A stretch of 64,000 nt of DNA from Candidatus Krumholzibacteriia bacterium (GTDB lineage Bacteria; Krumholzibacteriota; Krumholzibacteriia; JAJRXK01): the NCBI GenBank assembly GCA_041484665.1, contig JBGPIA010000001.1, forward strand, positions 995,582 through 1,059,581. The letters run 5' to 3'. Shown here one piece after another: positions 26,080 to 34,740 of the stretch. The notes beneath the pieces were generated by a model. That model did not search any database. It was given only the letters and a program-made list of their open reading frames with translations, and was not told where the DNA came from. Every line of letters starts with the position of its first letter. The first letter of the stretch is position 1. The position numbers and the translations under genes were made by a program.

Positions 26080-27488
26080 ACTACACGTTCGTACAGCTGG
26101 CCTACCTCGTTGCGACCGCGCTCTTCATCTTCACGCTGCATTGGATGAACGACCCGAAGACGGCCCGCCGGGGCGTGATCGCGGGCGTGGCGGCCATGCT
26201 CGTGTCCGTGGTGGCCACCTGGGCGCAACCCAGCATCATCATCCACCACTGGTGGATCGTCGTGGCCATCGCGCTCGGCTTCGCCGTGGGCTGGCCTCTG
26301 TCGCGCGTGCCGCTCACGGCGGTGCCGCAGCGAACCGCTCTGTCGCACGCCTTCGGCGGCCTGGCCGCCGGCCTGGTCGGCACGGCCAAGTACTACCTGT
26401 GGCTCACCGAGGGCCCGGAGAATCTCACGGCGTTCCGCATGGTCGCCATCATCCTGGAGATCCTTCTGGGCTTCGTCACGTTCACGGGGAGCCTGATGGC
26501 GGCGGGAAAGCTCCAGGAGATCAAGTGGGTCCCCCAGCGGCCCGTGACGTATCCCGGGCAGAACCTGATCAACATCGGCCTGCTGCTGATCGCGCTGACG
26601 CTGGGCGTGCTGCTGGTCGTCCATCCGGCCGCAGCCTGGTCCGGCAAGCTGTTCCCGGTGATCATCGGCATGGCCCTCATGTTCGGCGTGCTGCTGATCA
26701 TCCCGATCGGCGGCGCCGACATGCCAACCGTGATCTCGATCCTGAACTCCTACGCCGGGCTCTCCGCGGTCGCGATGGGCTTCGTCCTGGACAACAAGCT
26801 CCTGATCACCGCCGGCGCTCTCGATGGGTCGAGCGGCCTCATCCTGTCCATCATCATGTGCAAGGCGATGAACCGCTCCTTCACCAACGTGCTGTTCGGG
26901 GCGTTCGGGAAGGTCCAGGCGGCGAAGACCGGTGGCGAACAGAAGGTCTACAAGGCGGAGACCGTGGAGGGCGCCGCGCAGATCCTTGAGCAGTCGAGCC
27001 TGGTCGTGGTGATCCCCGGCTACGGCATGGCGGTGGCGCAGGCCCAGCATAAGGTGCGCGAGCTGTACGACCAGCTCAAGAAACGCGAGATCACCGTGAA
27101 GTTCGCCATCCATCCCGTCGCCGGGCGCATGCCGGGGCACATGAACGTGCTGCTGGCCGAGGCGGATATCCCGTACACCGACCTGGTCGAGATGGACGAG
27201 ATCAATCCCGATATGCCGCAGTGCGACGTGGCGCTGGTCATCGGCGCCAACGACGTGGTGAACCCCGCCGCGCGCTACGACAAGGCCAGCCCGATCTACG
27301 GCATGCCAATCATCGATGCGGACAAGGCGCGCACCGTGTTCGCCATCAAGCGCAGCAAGAACCCCGGGTTCGCCGGCATCGACAACGAGCTCTACTTTGC
27401 GGACAAGACCTGGATGCTGTTCGGAGACGCGAAATCGGTCGTGGGCGAGCTGGTCAAGCAGCTCTCCAGCGGGTCAAGCATGCACTGA
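26076..27488 (+). CDS. pntB: NAD(P) transhydrogenase subunit beta
   Basis: IGGADMPTVISILNSYAG, PGYGMAVAQAQH, IHPVAGRMPGHMNVLLAEA and GANDVVNP. Confidence 0.97.
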   Translation: MNYTFVQLAYLVATALFIFTLHWMNDPKTARRGVIAGVAAMLVSVVATWAQPSIIIHHWWIVVAIALGFAVGWPLSRVPLTAVPQRTALSHAFGGLAAGLVGTAKYYLWLTEGPENLTAFRMVAIILEILLGFVTFTGSLMAAGKLQEIKWVPQRPVTYPGQNLINIGLLLIALTLGVLLVVHPAAAWSGKLFPVIIGMALMFGVLLIIPIGGADMPTVISILNSYAGLSAVAMGFVLDNKLLITAGALDGSSGLILSIIMCKAMNRSFTNVLFGAFGKVQAAKTGGEQKVYKAETVEGAAQILEQSSLVVVIPGYGMAVAQAQHKVRELYDQLKKREITVKFAIHPVAGRMPGHMNVLLAEADIPYTDLVEMDEINPDMPQCDVALVIGANDVVNPAARYDKASPIYGMPIIDADKARTVFAIKRSKNPGFAGIDNELYFADKTWMLFGDAKSVVGELVKQLSSGSSMH

Positions 27489-27526
27489 CCCGCGGCCCGG
27501 CCGTGCTCGGCCGGCACCGACGCCTG

Positions 27527-27907
27527 TCAGTCCGAGGCCTCCAGGCGATCTCCCGGCCGGGGGTGGCCGGCGGGGAGCCCGGCGATCGCCTCGTCGACGG
27601 TTTCGAAGGTGTCGAACAGCAGGATCAGCCGGGTGACCAGGAACACGTTCTTGATCCGCTTCCCAATTCCCGCGACGCGCAGCCACCCTTCGCGATTGAT
27701 GCAGCTGACGTGCACCTTGACCAGCGCCCCGAGCCCCGTGCTGCCGATCCAGTCGATCTTCCGGAGGTCGATGACGATCCTGGGGGGTCCCTGGGCTGCG
27801 ATCTGATCGGCGACGGCGAGCAACTCTTCGGTCTCCTTGCCTCCGGTGAGGCTTCGCTTCAGCGTAAGGACCTGCACGTCGCCGACGGTTTCCCTGTCCA
27901 GGTTCAT
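27527..27907 (-). CDS. STAS-domain anti-sigma-factor antagonist
   Basis: IVIDLRKIDWIGSTGLGALV and VFLVTRL...FETVDEAI; AGGAGG RBS. Confidence 0.88.
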   Translation of the reverse strand: MNLDRETVGDVQVLTLKRSLTGGKETEELLAVADQIAAQGPPRIVIDLRKIDWIGSTGLGALVKVHVSCINREGWLRVAGIGKRIKNVFLVTRLILLFDTFETVDEAIAGLPAGHPRPGDRLEASD

Positions 27908-28083
27908 GGCGCCTCCTGTTCTCTCCCGGCTGCGGCCTTCGGGGTGCGTTCTCCACTGGCAGTCAGATCGCCCTCAATAAAGACCGGAGCAGCCCAAACG
28001 TCGAGGCGTGGCCACGGCCCAGGGTGCCCCTGCTCCCCCCCTCCCCCTCCCATCGCTCCCCTGCCTCATTGTTCATTCTACTC

Positions 28084-28112
28084 TTGCGTCATCCTCCGCT
28101 TGGGGCTACAGT
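28084..28112 (+). promoter_or_regulatory. Putative sigma70 promoter of the RRM gene
   Basis: TTGCGT-N17-TACAGT, about 255 nt before the ATG. Confidence 0.5.
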
Positions 28113-28367
28113 ATTCGCAGCTTCATCTGTGATCCCCGCGTGCTGACCCACCTCTCGTGGCGCCTGCTCGCTCGCGAGCTGCCGGCGCATCAGGGCCCAT
28201 CCCAGTTGGAGACCAAAGGCGAGTGGGAAATCGTTCCTGCGTCGCCCGTCGGCCTGGTTGCGACAGGATCTCGGTTTCTGCCCCGCCTGTATCGGAACTC
28301 GGCTCGTCGAATTCGTGCTCGGCTCCCCGAGCGGGCACCGTACATGGGCAGAAGGAGATCTTGAGAA

Positions 28368-28658
28368 ATGTTCAATATCTACGTCGGCAACCTGTCCTTC
28401 AACGCGACCGAGGGCGATCTGCGATCGGCCTTCGAGGCACACGGCCAGGTCAGCCGCGCCTCCATCGTCACCGACCGTGAGACGGGCCGCTCGCGCGGCT
28501 TCGGCTTCGTCGAGATGGAGGATCGTGACGCCGGGCTGAAGGCCATCGCGGCTCTCAACGGCAAGATGATCGGTGACCGCGAGGTCAAGGTGAACGAGGC
28601 CCAGCCCCGCGAGGATCGCGGCGGCAGCCGTGGCGGTCGCGGCGGCTTCGGCCGCTAG
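28368..28658 (+). CDS. RRM (RNP-1) RNA-binding protein with Gly/Arg-rich tail
   Basis: IYVGNLSF (RNP2), RSRGFGFVEM (RNP1) and KVNEAQPRE; AAGGAG RBS. Confidence 0.96.
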   Translation: MFNIYVGNLSFNATEGDLRSAFEAHGQVSRASIVTDRETGRSRGFGFVEMEDRDAGLKAIAALNGKMIGDREVKVNEAQPREDRGGSRGGRGGFGR

Positions 28659-28721
28659 TCCGCAGCGTCATGTGCGCCGGCTGACGCGCGATTGCGCCGG
28701 CCGGTGCGACCGACGATCACA

Positions 28722-28754
28722 GCGAAGGCCCGGGCAGCTCGCCCGGGCCTTCGC
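28722..28754 (+). terminator. Stem-loop downstream of the RRM gene
   Basis: GCGAAGGCCCGGGC-AGCTC-GCCCGGGCCTTCGC, a perfect 14-bp stem with a weak U tract. Confidence 0.6.
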
Positions 28755-29381
28755 GTTGGGCACTCCGGACAGCCCGCGCTCACGGCGCCCGGCCGGGCCC
28801 GGCCACCTCCCGACCCCTGCGCAGCCAAAGCCTGGTCCCACCGCCCACCCTCACGGCGCCCGCCCCCGTTGTCGCGGATTGCCGCCACACCCATGCGTTG
28901 CGCAGACTACGCCTGGCGCGCCACACGCGCACAGCATCACAGATTCAAATTCGTGTCGCTGCCACCCGCAGTCTGGCCTGTGCGTCATGTGCACGCGCTG
29001 CAGCCTGTTTCGTCCGTCTCGCCTCGCTCTGCGCGCTCGGCGCGTCGCGCGCCTGCGCGACAGCATAGCGTTGGTGTGCGCGGAGATCTCGTCACATGCG
29101 GCGGAGCGTTGCCGTCGCCGAGTTCCGCTGCGGGCCGATGGGCACTGCAATGAAAATTCTCGGGCGCGCGCCCCAACCGCAAGCGGTTGCTTCTGCGCGG
29201 CGCACTCCAGTCATCATGCCTACGGCACGCTTCTTTTCCGCCGCCGGACCGGTCGCCCGCGTTCCCATCGGTCGAGCACGCTCCTTGCCGGCGCCTCACC
29301 CCGCGACCACAAGGCGTTGCGCGTGACGATCGGCTGCGCGGCCGGCCTGCGCCTGACGATCGGTCCCGCGACGGGCCTGCG

Positions 29382-29690
29382 CGCATCCTTGTGTTGGGCC
29401 TGGGCAACGACATCCTGGGAGACGACGCCGTCGGTCTGCTGTCTGCCCGGCGGCGGCGCGCCTTGCTGCCGCGCCAGGTGGACGCGCTCGAGTCCGCGGG
29501 CGTGGGTCTGGACCTGCTCGACATCCTCGAGGGCTACAACCGAGCCCTGATCGTGGACGCCATCATGACCGGCCGGCACCGACCGGGCACGATCCTGGAG
29601 CTCTTCGGCAGAGATTTCGGGGAGGACGGCTCGCCGTCTCCGCATTCGGCCGGTCTGCCGGAAGTCCTCGCCCTCGCCTCGAGCCTACGG
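29382..29690 (+). pseudogene. Truncated hydrogenase maturation protease (HyaD/HycI-like)
   Basis: RILVLGLGNDILGDDAVG, LIVDAI and SPHSAGLPEVL. No clear start; the C-terminal part is missing and the frame runs antisense into the next gene. Confidence 0.8.
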
Positions 29691-29728
29691 GGTCCGCTCT
29701 CGCAGGGGCCGCGTCAACCGGCGGGATC

Positions 29729-30688
29729 TCAGCTCGCCGCCGGAGTGACCGGTTTGGCCGATCTCGAGATCGCGTGTGTTCCGCCGATGCCGCGCCACCC
29801 CACGAGCATCCCCGCGAGGATCAGAATGGGGAACACCTGCAACGCCTGCAGGAGCAGCGCGGCGGCGAGGGCCTGCGCCGAGGCCACGCCGAAGGGCAGC
29901 AGGCCGACTACCATCGAGGCCTGGAACACGCCCACGTTGGCCGGAGTGGCCCGCAACGAGCCTGCCAGGTTGGTCGCCAGCAAAGCCCCGAGCGACGCGC
30001 CCCTTGATACCTGCGCGTGGACGGCGCGCAGGGTGAGATCGAACGTCTCCCACTCCACCAGCCAGTTCACCAGAGCAAGGACGAGCGGCCACGCCAGGCG
30101 CCGCAGCGAGCCGATCTCCGCGAGGGAGGCGCCCAGGCGTCGGAGCGACTCCGGCAGCCAGCGCGGAACCCCCCGCCCACGTCCGAGGCGCGCGGCCGCG
30201 AACAGGGCCAGGATCCCGGCCGCGATGCCCACCACCGTCCGCTTCGCGACCGGGGGCAGGGGAAGCACCACGGAAGCGGCCAGCAGAACGATGGCGAGAG
30301 CGGCGGCTTCGATCGCCCGCGCCCAGACCAGCGAAGTCGCGGCCACCCCGAAGGGCACGCCGTCGCGCCGAACGAGATAGCCGATCCGGCCCGCCTCACC
30401 CATCACCGAAACCGAGAGGTTGTTCACCGCGCAGCCCAAGAGTGTCGCCTCCTGGGCGCTCCGCCAGCGGTGAGGGGCGACGGGGCGCAAGAGCAGGCTC
30501 CAGGCCCAGCCCTTGGCGAACAGCGAGAGCAGGTTGATCCCGAGCGCAGCCACCAGCAGGGGGCCGTTGGCTTGCAGCAGGGCCGCGCCCGTTTGCGACC
30601 AGGGGTACCGGCGCAGCGGCCCGACCGCGAGCGCCAGCAGCGAAATGCCGATCGCCGCCCAGATCCAACTTCGTTGCTTGTGGCTCAT
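29729..30688 (-). CDS. LPG-synthase TM-domain protein (putative flippase)
   Basis: Multi-TM; VNNLSVSVMGEAGRI and TPANVGVFQ; ATGA overlap with the upstream gene. Confidence 0.8.
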   Translation of the reverse strand: MSHKQRSWIWAAIGISLLALAVGPLRRYPWSQTGAALLQANGPLLVAALGINLLSLFAKGWAWSLLLRPVAPHRWRSAQEATLLGCAVNNLSVSVMGEAGRIGYLVRRDGVPFGVAATSLVWARAIEAAALAIVLLAASVVLPLPPVAKRTVVGIAAGILALFAAARLGRGRGVPRWLPESLRRLGASLAEIGSLRRLAWPLVLALVNWLVEWETFDLTLRAVHAQVSRGASLGALLATNLAGSLRATPANVGVFQASMVVGLLPFGVASAQALAAALLLQALQVFPILILAGMLVGWRGIGGTHAISRSAKPVTPAAS

Positions 30689-31410
30689 GGCACTCGAGGA
30701 GCGGCGGCGAGAGCGGAGAGATCGGACAGGGGGCCGAACGCGTACCCCGCCTGCGCGGCGTCCTCCAGGATCCCCGGCAATGCCGCGGCCGTCTGGGCCC
30801 GATCCCCGTACGGATCGTAACCGTCCCCATCGTGGAGCAGAAGGATCGCGCCCGGCGTTAGACTCGCGCGAACCCGCCGGCGGATCTCCTCCGCGCCAGG
30901 CCGGGCAGTATCCCAAACGCCTACGGTCCAGCCGAACACCCGGTAGCCGAGCCGGCGGGCGGCCGCGTGGACGAAGGGATTGCGATAGCCGTGGGGCGCA
31001 CGGAACGCCGTGGGAGCGCGGCCCGTCGCACGCGCAATCGCCTCGTGCGCGCCCGCGAGCTCGTCGCGGATCCGCCCGGGACCCTGCAGGTGGAGCTTGC
31101 GGTGGCTGTAGGTGTGGTTGCCGATCTCGTGCGGCGCACCGGCCACGCACCGCGCGAGCTCCGGGAAGCGCTCCACGTGCCCGCCCACCATGAAGAACGC
31201 GGCCGGCACGCCCCGCGCCCTCAGCGTCCCGAGAATGGACTCCGTGGCTGTGGGATTCGGACCGTCGTCGAACGTGAGGTACAGCGTCTTGCCCTGGCGC
31301 GGCCCCCGTCCCACGACCGGTCCGAACACGGGGCTGTTCGGCGAGAACATCCCGTGCGCGAGCGCCGCGCCGGCCACACCCAGAGCGGCCACGCCGACGA
31401 AGGGCGTCAT
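30685..31410 (-). CDS. Polysaccharide deacetylase (NodB/CE4), membrane-anchored
   Basis: LTFDDGP, GNHTYSH, FRAPHG and ILLLHDG. Confidence 0.92.
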   Translation of the reverse strand: MTPFVGVAALGVAGAALAHGMFSPNSPVFGPVVGRGPRQGKTLYLTFDDGPNPTATESILGTLRARGVPAAFFMVGGHVERFPELARCVAGAPHEIGNHTYSHRKLHLQGPGRIRDELAGAHEAIARATGRAPTAFRAPHGYRNPFVHAAARRLGYRVFGWTVGVWDTARPGAEEIRRRVRASLTPGAILLLHDGDGYDPYGDRAQTAAALPGILEDAAQAGYAFGPLSDLSALAAAPRVP

Positions 31411-32513
31411 CGCAGCACCCGCTCGTACGTCTGGAGCACTCGCGCCGCGATGCTCGACCAGGAGTAGCCCGTGGCTTTCTTGAGCCCTGCCTCCCCCATG
31501 GCAGCGCGTCGCGCTGGATCGCCGATCAGGCCGATCACCGTGCGGGCCCACGCGGCGGGATCGTCGGCCTGCACCAGCACCGCCTCGTCTCCGCCGTCGA
31601 CCAGCTCCCGGAAGCCCGTGATGTCGGAGGCGACGATGGGCGTCCGACACGCCATGGCCTCCAGCAGCGTGATGCCGAACGACGCGCGATTCGTCGCGCA
31701 GACGTACAGGTCGGAGCCGGCGTAGTAGTCGGTCCGCTCCTCGTACACGCGACCCACGAAACGGACGTTGCATCCAGGCCGGCGGCCCTGCCGCTCGTAG
31801 AGCGGGCGGAGCGGTCCGTCCCCAGCCACCACGAGCTCTGCGTTGGGATACCGCTCCACGATCGCCGGGATCGCCTTGAGCACCGTCCCGAGTCCGTTGC
31901 GCGGATCCAAGCGCCCCAGGAAGAGGAGCCGCGGCTTCTCGCTGAGGGCGTCGGTCGGCTGCCGGCCGTTGGGGTGGAAGACCTCGGTGGAAACCCCGTT
32001 GGGGATGATCTCCCAATCCGCCTGGAAGTAGCGGCTCAGAGCCCGGACCGCCGGCTCGCTCACGGCGATCTTGGCGGCGATGCGATCGAGGCGCCGCTGG
32101 AGCGGACGCCGGAACGCGCGGTAGCCCAGCGAGCGCTTGAACCATGAGTGGAAGGTGGCCACGACGGGGATGTCCAGACGGTGCGCGGCGGCAGGCGCCA
32201 CGAGCCCCAAGGTCGGGGCCAGCGCGCCATGCACGTGCACGATGTCGAACCGCCCCTCCTTCAGTAGGGTCTCGATCGTGCGTCCGAGCCTCCAACCGAT
32301 CGTAATCCGGGCGAACGAGCCGTTGCTGAGCAGGACGCAGCTGTGGCCCACCCGGCGAACGAATGGGTCGCCGTCGCGCTCGGCGCCCATGTGCGACGTG
32401 ATGATCGTGACGGCGTGACCCCGGCGGCGGAACTCTTCGGCCAGATAGTGTACGTGCTCGGTAACGCCGCCGAGGTGCGGGTAGTAGAACTCCGTGATCA
32501 GCGCGATTCGCAT
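31407..32513 (-). CDS. GT4 glycosyltransferase (PimA/PIG-A-like)
   Basis: MRIALITEFYYPHLGGVTEHV, NGSFARI, LFLGRLDPRNG and SFGITLLEAMAC; GAGGAGG RBS. Confidence 0.9.
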   Translation of the reverse strand: MRIALITEFYYPHLGGVTEHVHYLAEEFRRRGHAVTIITSHMGAERDGDPFVRRVGHSCVLLSNGSFARITIGWRLGRTIETLLKEGRFDIVHVHGALAPTLGLVAPAAAHRLDIPVVATFHSWFKRSLGYRAFRRPLQRRLDRIAAKIAVSEPAVRALSRYFQADWEIIPNGVSTEVFHPNGRQPTDALSEKPRLLFLGRLDPRNGLGTVLKAIPAIVERYPNAELVVAGDGPLRPLYERQGRRPGCNVRFVGRVYEERTDYYAGSDLYVCATNRASFGITLLEAMACRTPIVASDITGFRELVDGGDEAVLVQADDPAAWARTVIGLIGDPARRAAMGEAGLKKATGYSWSSIAARVLQTYERVLR

Positions 32514-32688
32514 CAGCCCTCCTCGGACTGCGCGGGCGAGCGTCGCTTGCGGCCAATCTCGCTGGGCCCAGCGCGGCGATGGGGCCCAGCCCGCGCCGTC
32601 GCGGCCCGCGGCCGCGCCAACCGCTGCATGGTACGCCGGCGCGTCGCCACCACCCATTCTGGATCTGAGACCTACGGACTTCCTCGCG

Positions 32689-33717
32689 CTAGCGACCGCC
32701 GGCGACGAGGTGGATCAGCTCGAACACCCCCACGGCGACCAGGCCTGCGGCGGGGATGGTGAGGATCCACGCCCAGACGATCCGGGCTGCTACGCCCCAA
32801 CGCACTGCCGAGTTCCCGCTGGTGGCCCCCACGCCCACGATGGCGCCCGTGATCGTGTGGGTCGTCGAGACGGGGATGCCGGCCCGCGTGGCCGCGAACA
32901 GCATGACCGCGCCTGCGGTCTCGGCACAGAAACCGCCCACCGGCCGCAGCTTGGTGATTTTCATCCCCATCGTCTTCACGATGCGCCACCCGCCGATGGC
33001 GGTGCCGATGCCCATGGCCAGGTGGCAGGAGAGGATGATCCAGAGCGTGTGGGGGTCGGCCAGGGAAAGCTGCGTCTCGGGGTTCATGAGGCCGGCCGCG
33101 ATAAGCAAGGCTACGATGACCCCCATCGTCTTCTGCGCATCGTTGCCGCCGTGCCCCAGCGAATAGAACGCGGCGGAGACGAGCTGTCCGCGGCGGAAGA
33201 ACCGATCGACGGCTGCGGGCCGCCAGCGGCGGAAGAGCCAGTAGACCACCACCATCACCGCGAACCCCACCACCATCCCGATCAACGGCGCGAGCGGGAT
33301 GAACTCCATGGCCTTCAGCACTTTCTCCCAACGCAGGGCGTGCCACCCGGCGTGCGCCACCCCGGCTCCCGCGAAGCCGCCGATGAGGGCGTGCGACGAG
33401 CTCGTGGGGAGCGCCCACCACCAGGTGAGCAGGTCCCACACGGTCGCTCCGATCAGACCCGCGAGCACGACCTGCACGTAGCCGGGATCGGCGGGAGTGA
33501 TCTTCACGATCTTGGAGATCGTGTCGGCCACGCGGGGAGCAAACACGAACATCGCCACGAAGTTGAAGAAGGCGGCCCAGACCACCGCCGTGGTCGGCTT
33601 CAGTACCCGCGTGGAGACCACCGTTGCGATGGAATTCGCCGCGTCATGGAAGCCGTTGATCACGTCGAAGACGAGCGCTAGCGCCACCGTGACGATGACG
33701 ATGAACGGAATGCCCAC
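32689..33717 (-). CDS. pit: PiT-family inorganic phosphate transporter
   Basis: NGFHDAANSIATVVSTR, PTSSSHALIGG, GHGGNDAQKTMG and PVSTTHTITGAI. Confidence 0.95.
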   Translation of the reverse strand: MGIPFIVIVTVALALVFDVINGFHDAANSIATVVSTRVLKPTTAVVWAAFFNFVAMFVFAPRVADTISKIVKITPADPGYVQVVLAGLIGATVWDLLTWWWALPTSSSHALIGGFAGAGVAHAGWHALRWEKVLKAMEFIPLAPLIGMVVGFAVMVVVYWLFRRWRPAAVDRFFRRGQLVSAAFYSLGHGGNDAQKTMGVIVALLIAAGLMNPETQLSLADPHTLWIILSCHLAMGIGTAIGGWRIVKTMGMKITKLRPVGGFCAETAGAVMLFAATRAGIPVSTTHTITGAIVGVGATSGNSAVRWGVAARIVWAWILTIPAAGLVAVGVFELIHLVAGGR

Positions 33718-33719
33718 GG

Positions 33720-34346
33720 TCAGTCGTGCTCCAGGACCACGCCTTCGATGGTGTTGGCCACGTCCTCGCAGCGGTCGGTGGCCCCCTCCATGATCTCGTA
33801 GATCTCCTTCCACTTGATGATCCGCACCGGATCCCGCTCGGTCTTGAACAGCTTTGCCAGCGCGGCGCGGAGCACGACGTCCGCGTCGTTCTCCAGCTGG
33901 TTCACCACGATGCACTTCTGCCGGATCAAGGGCACGTTGCGCATCTTGCGCAGTCCGTTCACCGCGTGCTGCAGCTCGATGGTCGAGCGGCTGAGGATGG
34001 CGGCCAGCTCCCGCGCCTCGGGCGTCATCTCGGTGATCTCGTAGAGCAGCATCCGCCCGGCCGCGCCATCGATGAAGTCCATAACGTCGTCCATGCGGCT
34101 GATGAGCCGGTGGATCTCGTTGCGGTCGAGCGGCGTGATGAAGGTCTTGTGGAGCGCCTCGACGCACTGGTGCGTGATCACGTCCGTTTCGTGCTCGATC
34201 TCCTTGATGCGGACGGCGCGGGCGGTCAGATCGCCGCCGCGCGAGACGAGCTCCACCAGCTCGCTGGCTCCGGTGACGGTGAGGGCGATGTGCCGGTCGA
34301 AGTAGTCGAAGAAGCTGGTCTCGCGGGGCAGCAACCGGGGAAACAT
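33720..34346 (-). CDS. DUF47 / PhoU-like Pit accessory protein
   Basis: EIEHETD, TFITPLDRNEI, LENDAD and TDRCEDVAN; directly upstream of pit. Confidence 0.93.
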   Translation of the reverse strand: MFPRLLPRETSFFDYFDRHIALTVTGASELVELVSRGGDLTARAVRIKEIEHETDVITHQCVEALHKTFITPLDRNEIHRLISRMDDVMDFIDGAAGRMLLYEITEMTPEARELAAILSRSTIELQHAVNGLRKMRNVPLIRQKCIVVNQLENDADVVLRAALAKLFKTERDPVRIIKWKEIYEIMEGATDRCEDVANTIEGVVLEHD

Positions 34347-34698
34347 GCGGGGGCTCCTCCTGCTTGTCGGGGATGGGAGCGACCACGCGATCGTGGCGCC
34401 AGGCCATGCCCGTTCAGGGGTGCGGACTGGGGAGTGTACAGGAGCTTGCGCGCCTTTCCTACCGCGTCTCCGCCGCTCGGAATATGCCCAGCGCGGGGTG
34501 GCGGCACCCGGTGGCGGGGCCAGGGTGCGGCGTCAGCTGGCGGCGCTGGGTCGCAGTCTCGAATGGCAGGCTTGGGTGCCGGTGTCAGGGTGCGGCGTCG
34601 GCGTGCGGCCTCGGGGCGCCGACGCGGCACCAGCGCTGCTGCGCGCGATGCTTGGAGCTCGCCATGCGATGCGCTAGAATTGCGCGCGAACCCTCCTT

Positions 34699-34722
34699 TA
34701 TATCATCTGGTATATCATCTGG
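34699..34722. repeat. Perfect 12-bp tandem duplication TATATCATCTGG x2
   Basis: Read directly; AT-rich, 18 nt upstream of ATG 34741. Confidence 0.9.
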
Positions 34723-34740
34723 CACCACCGCGGAGACCCC

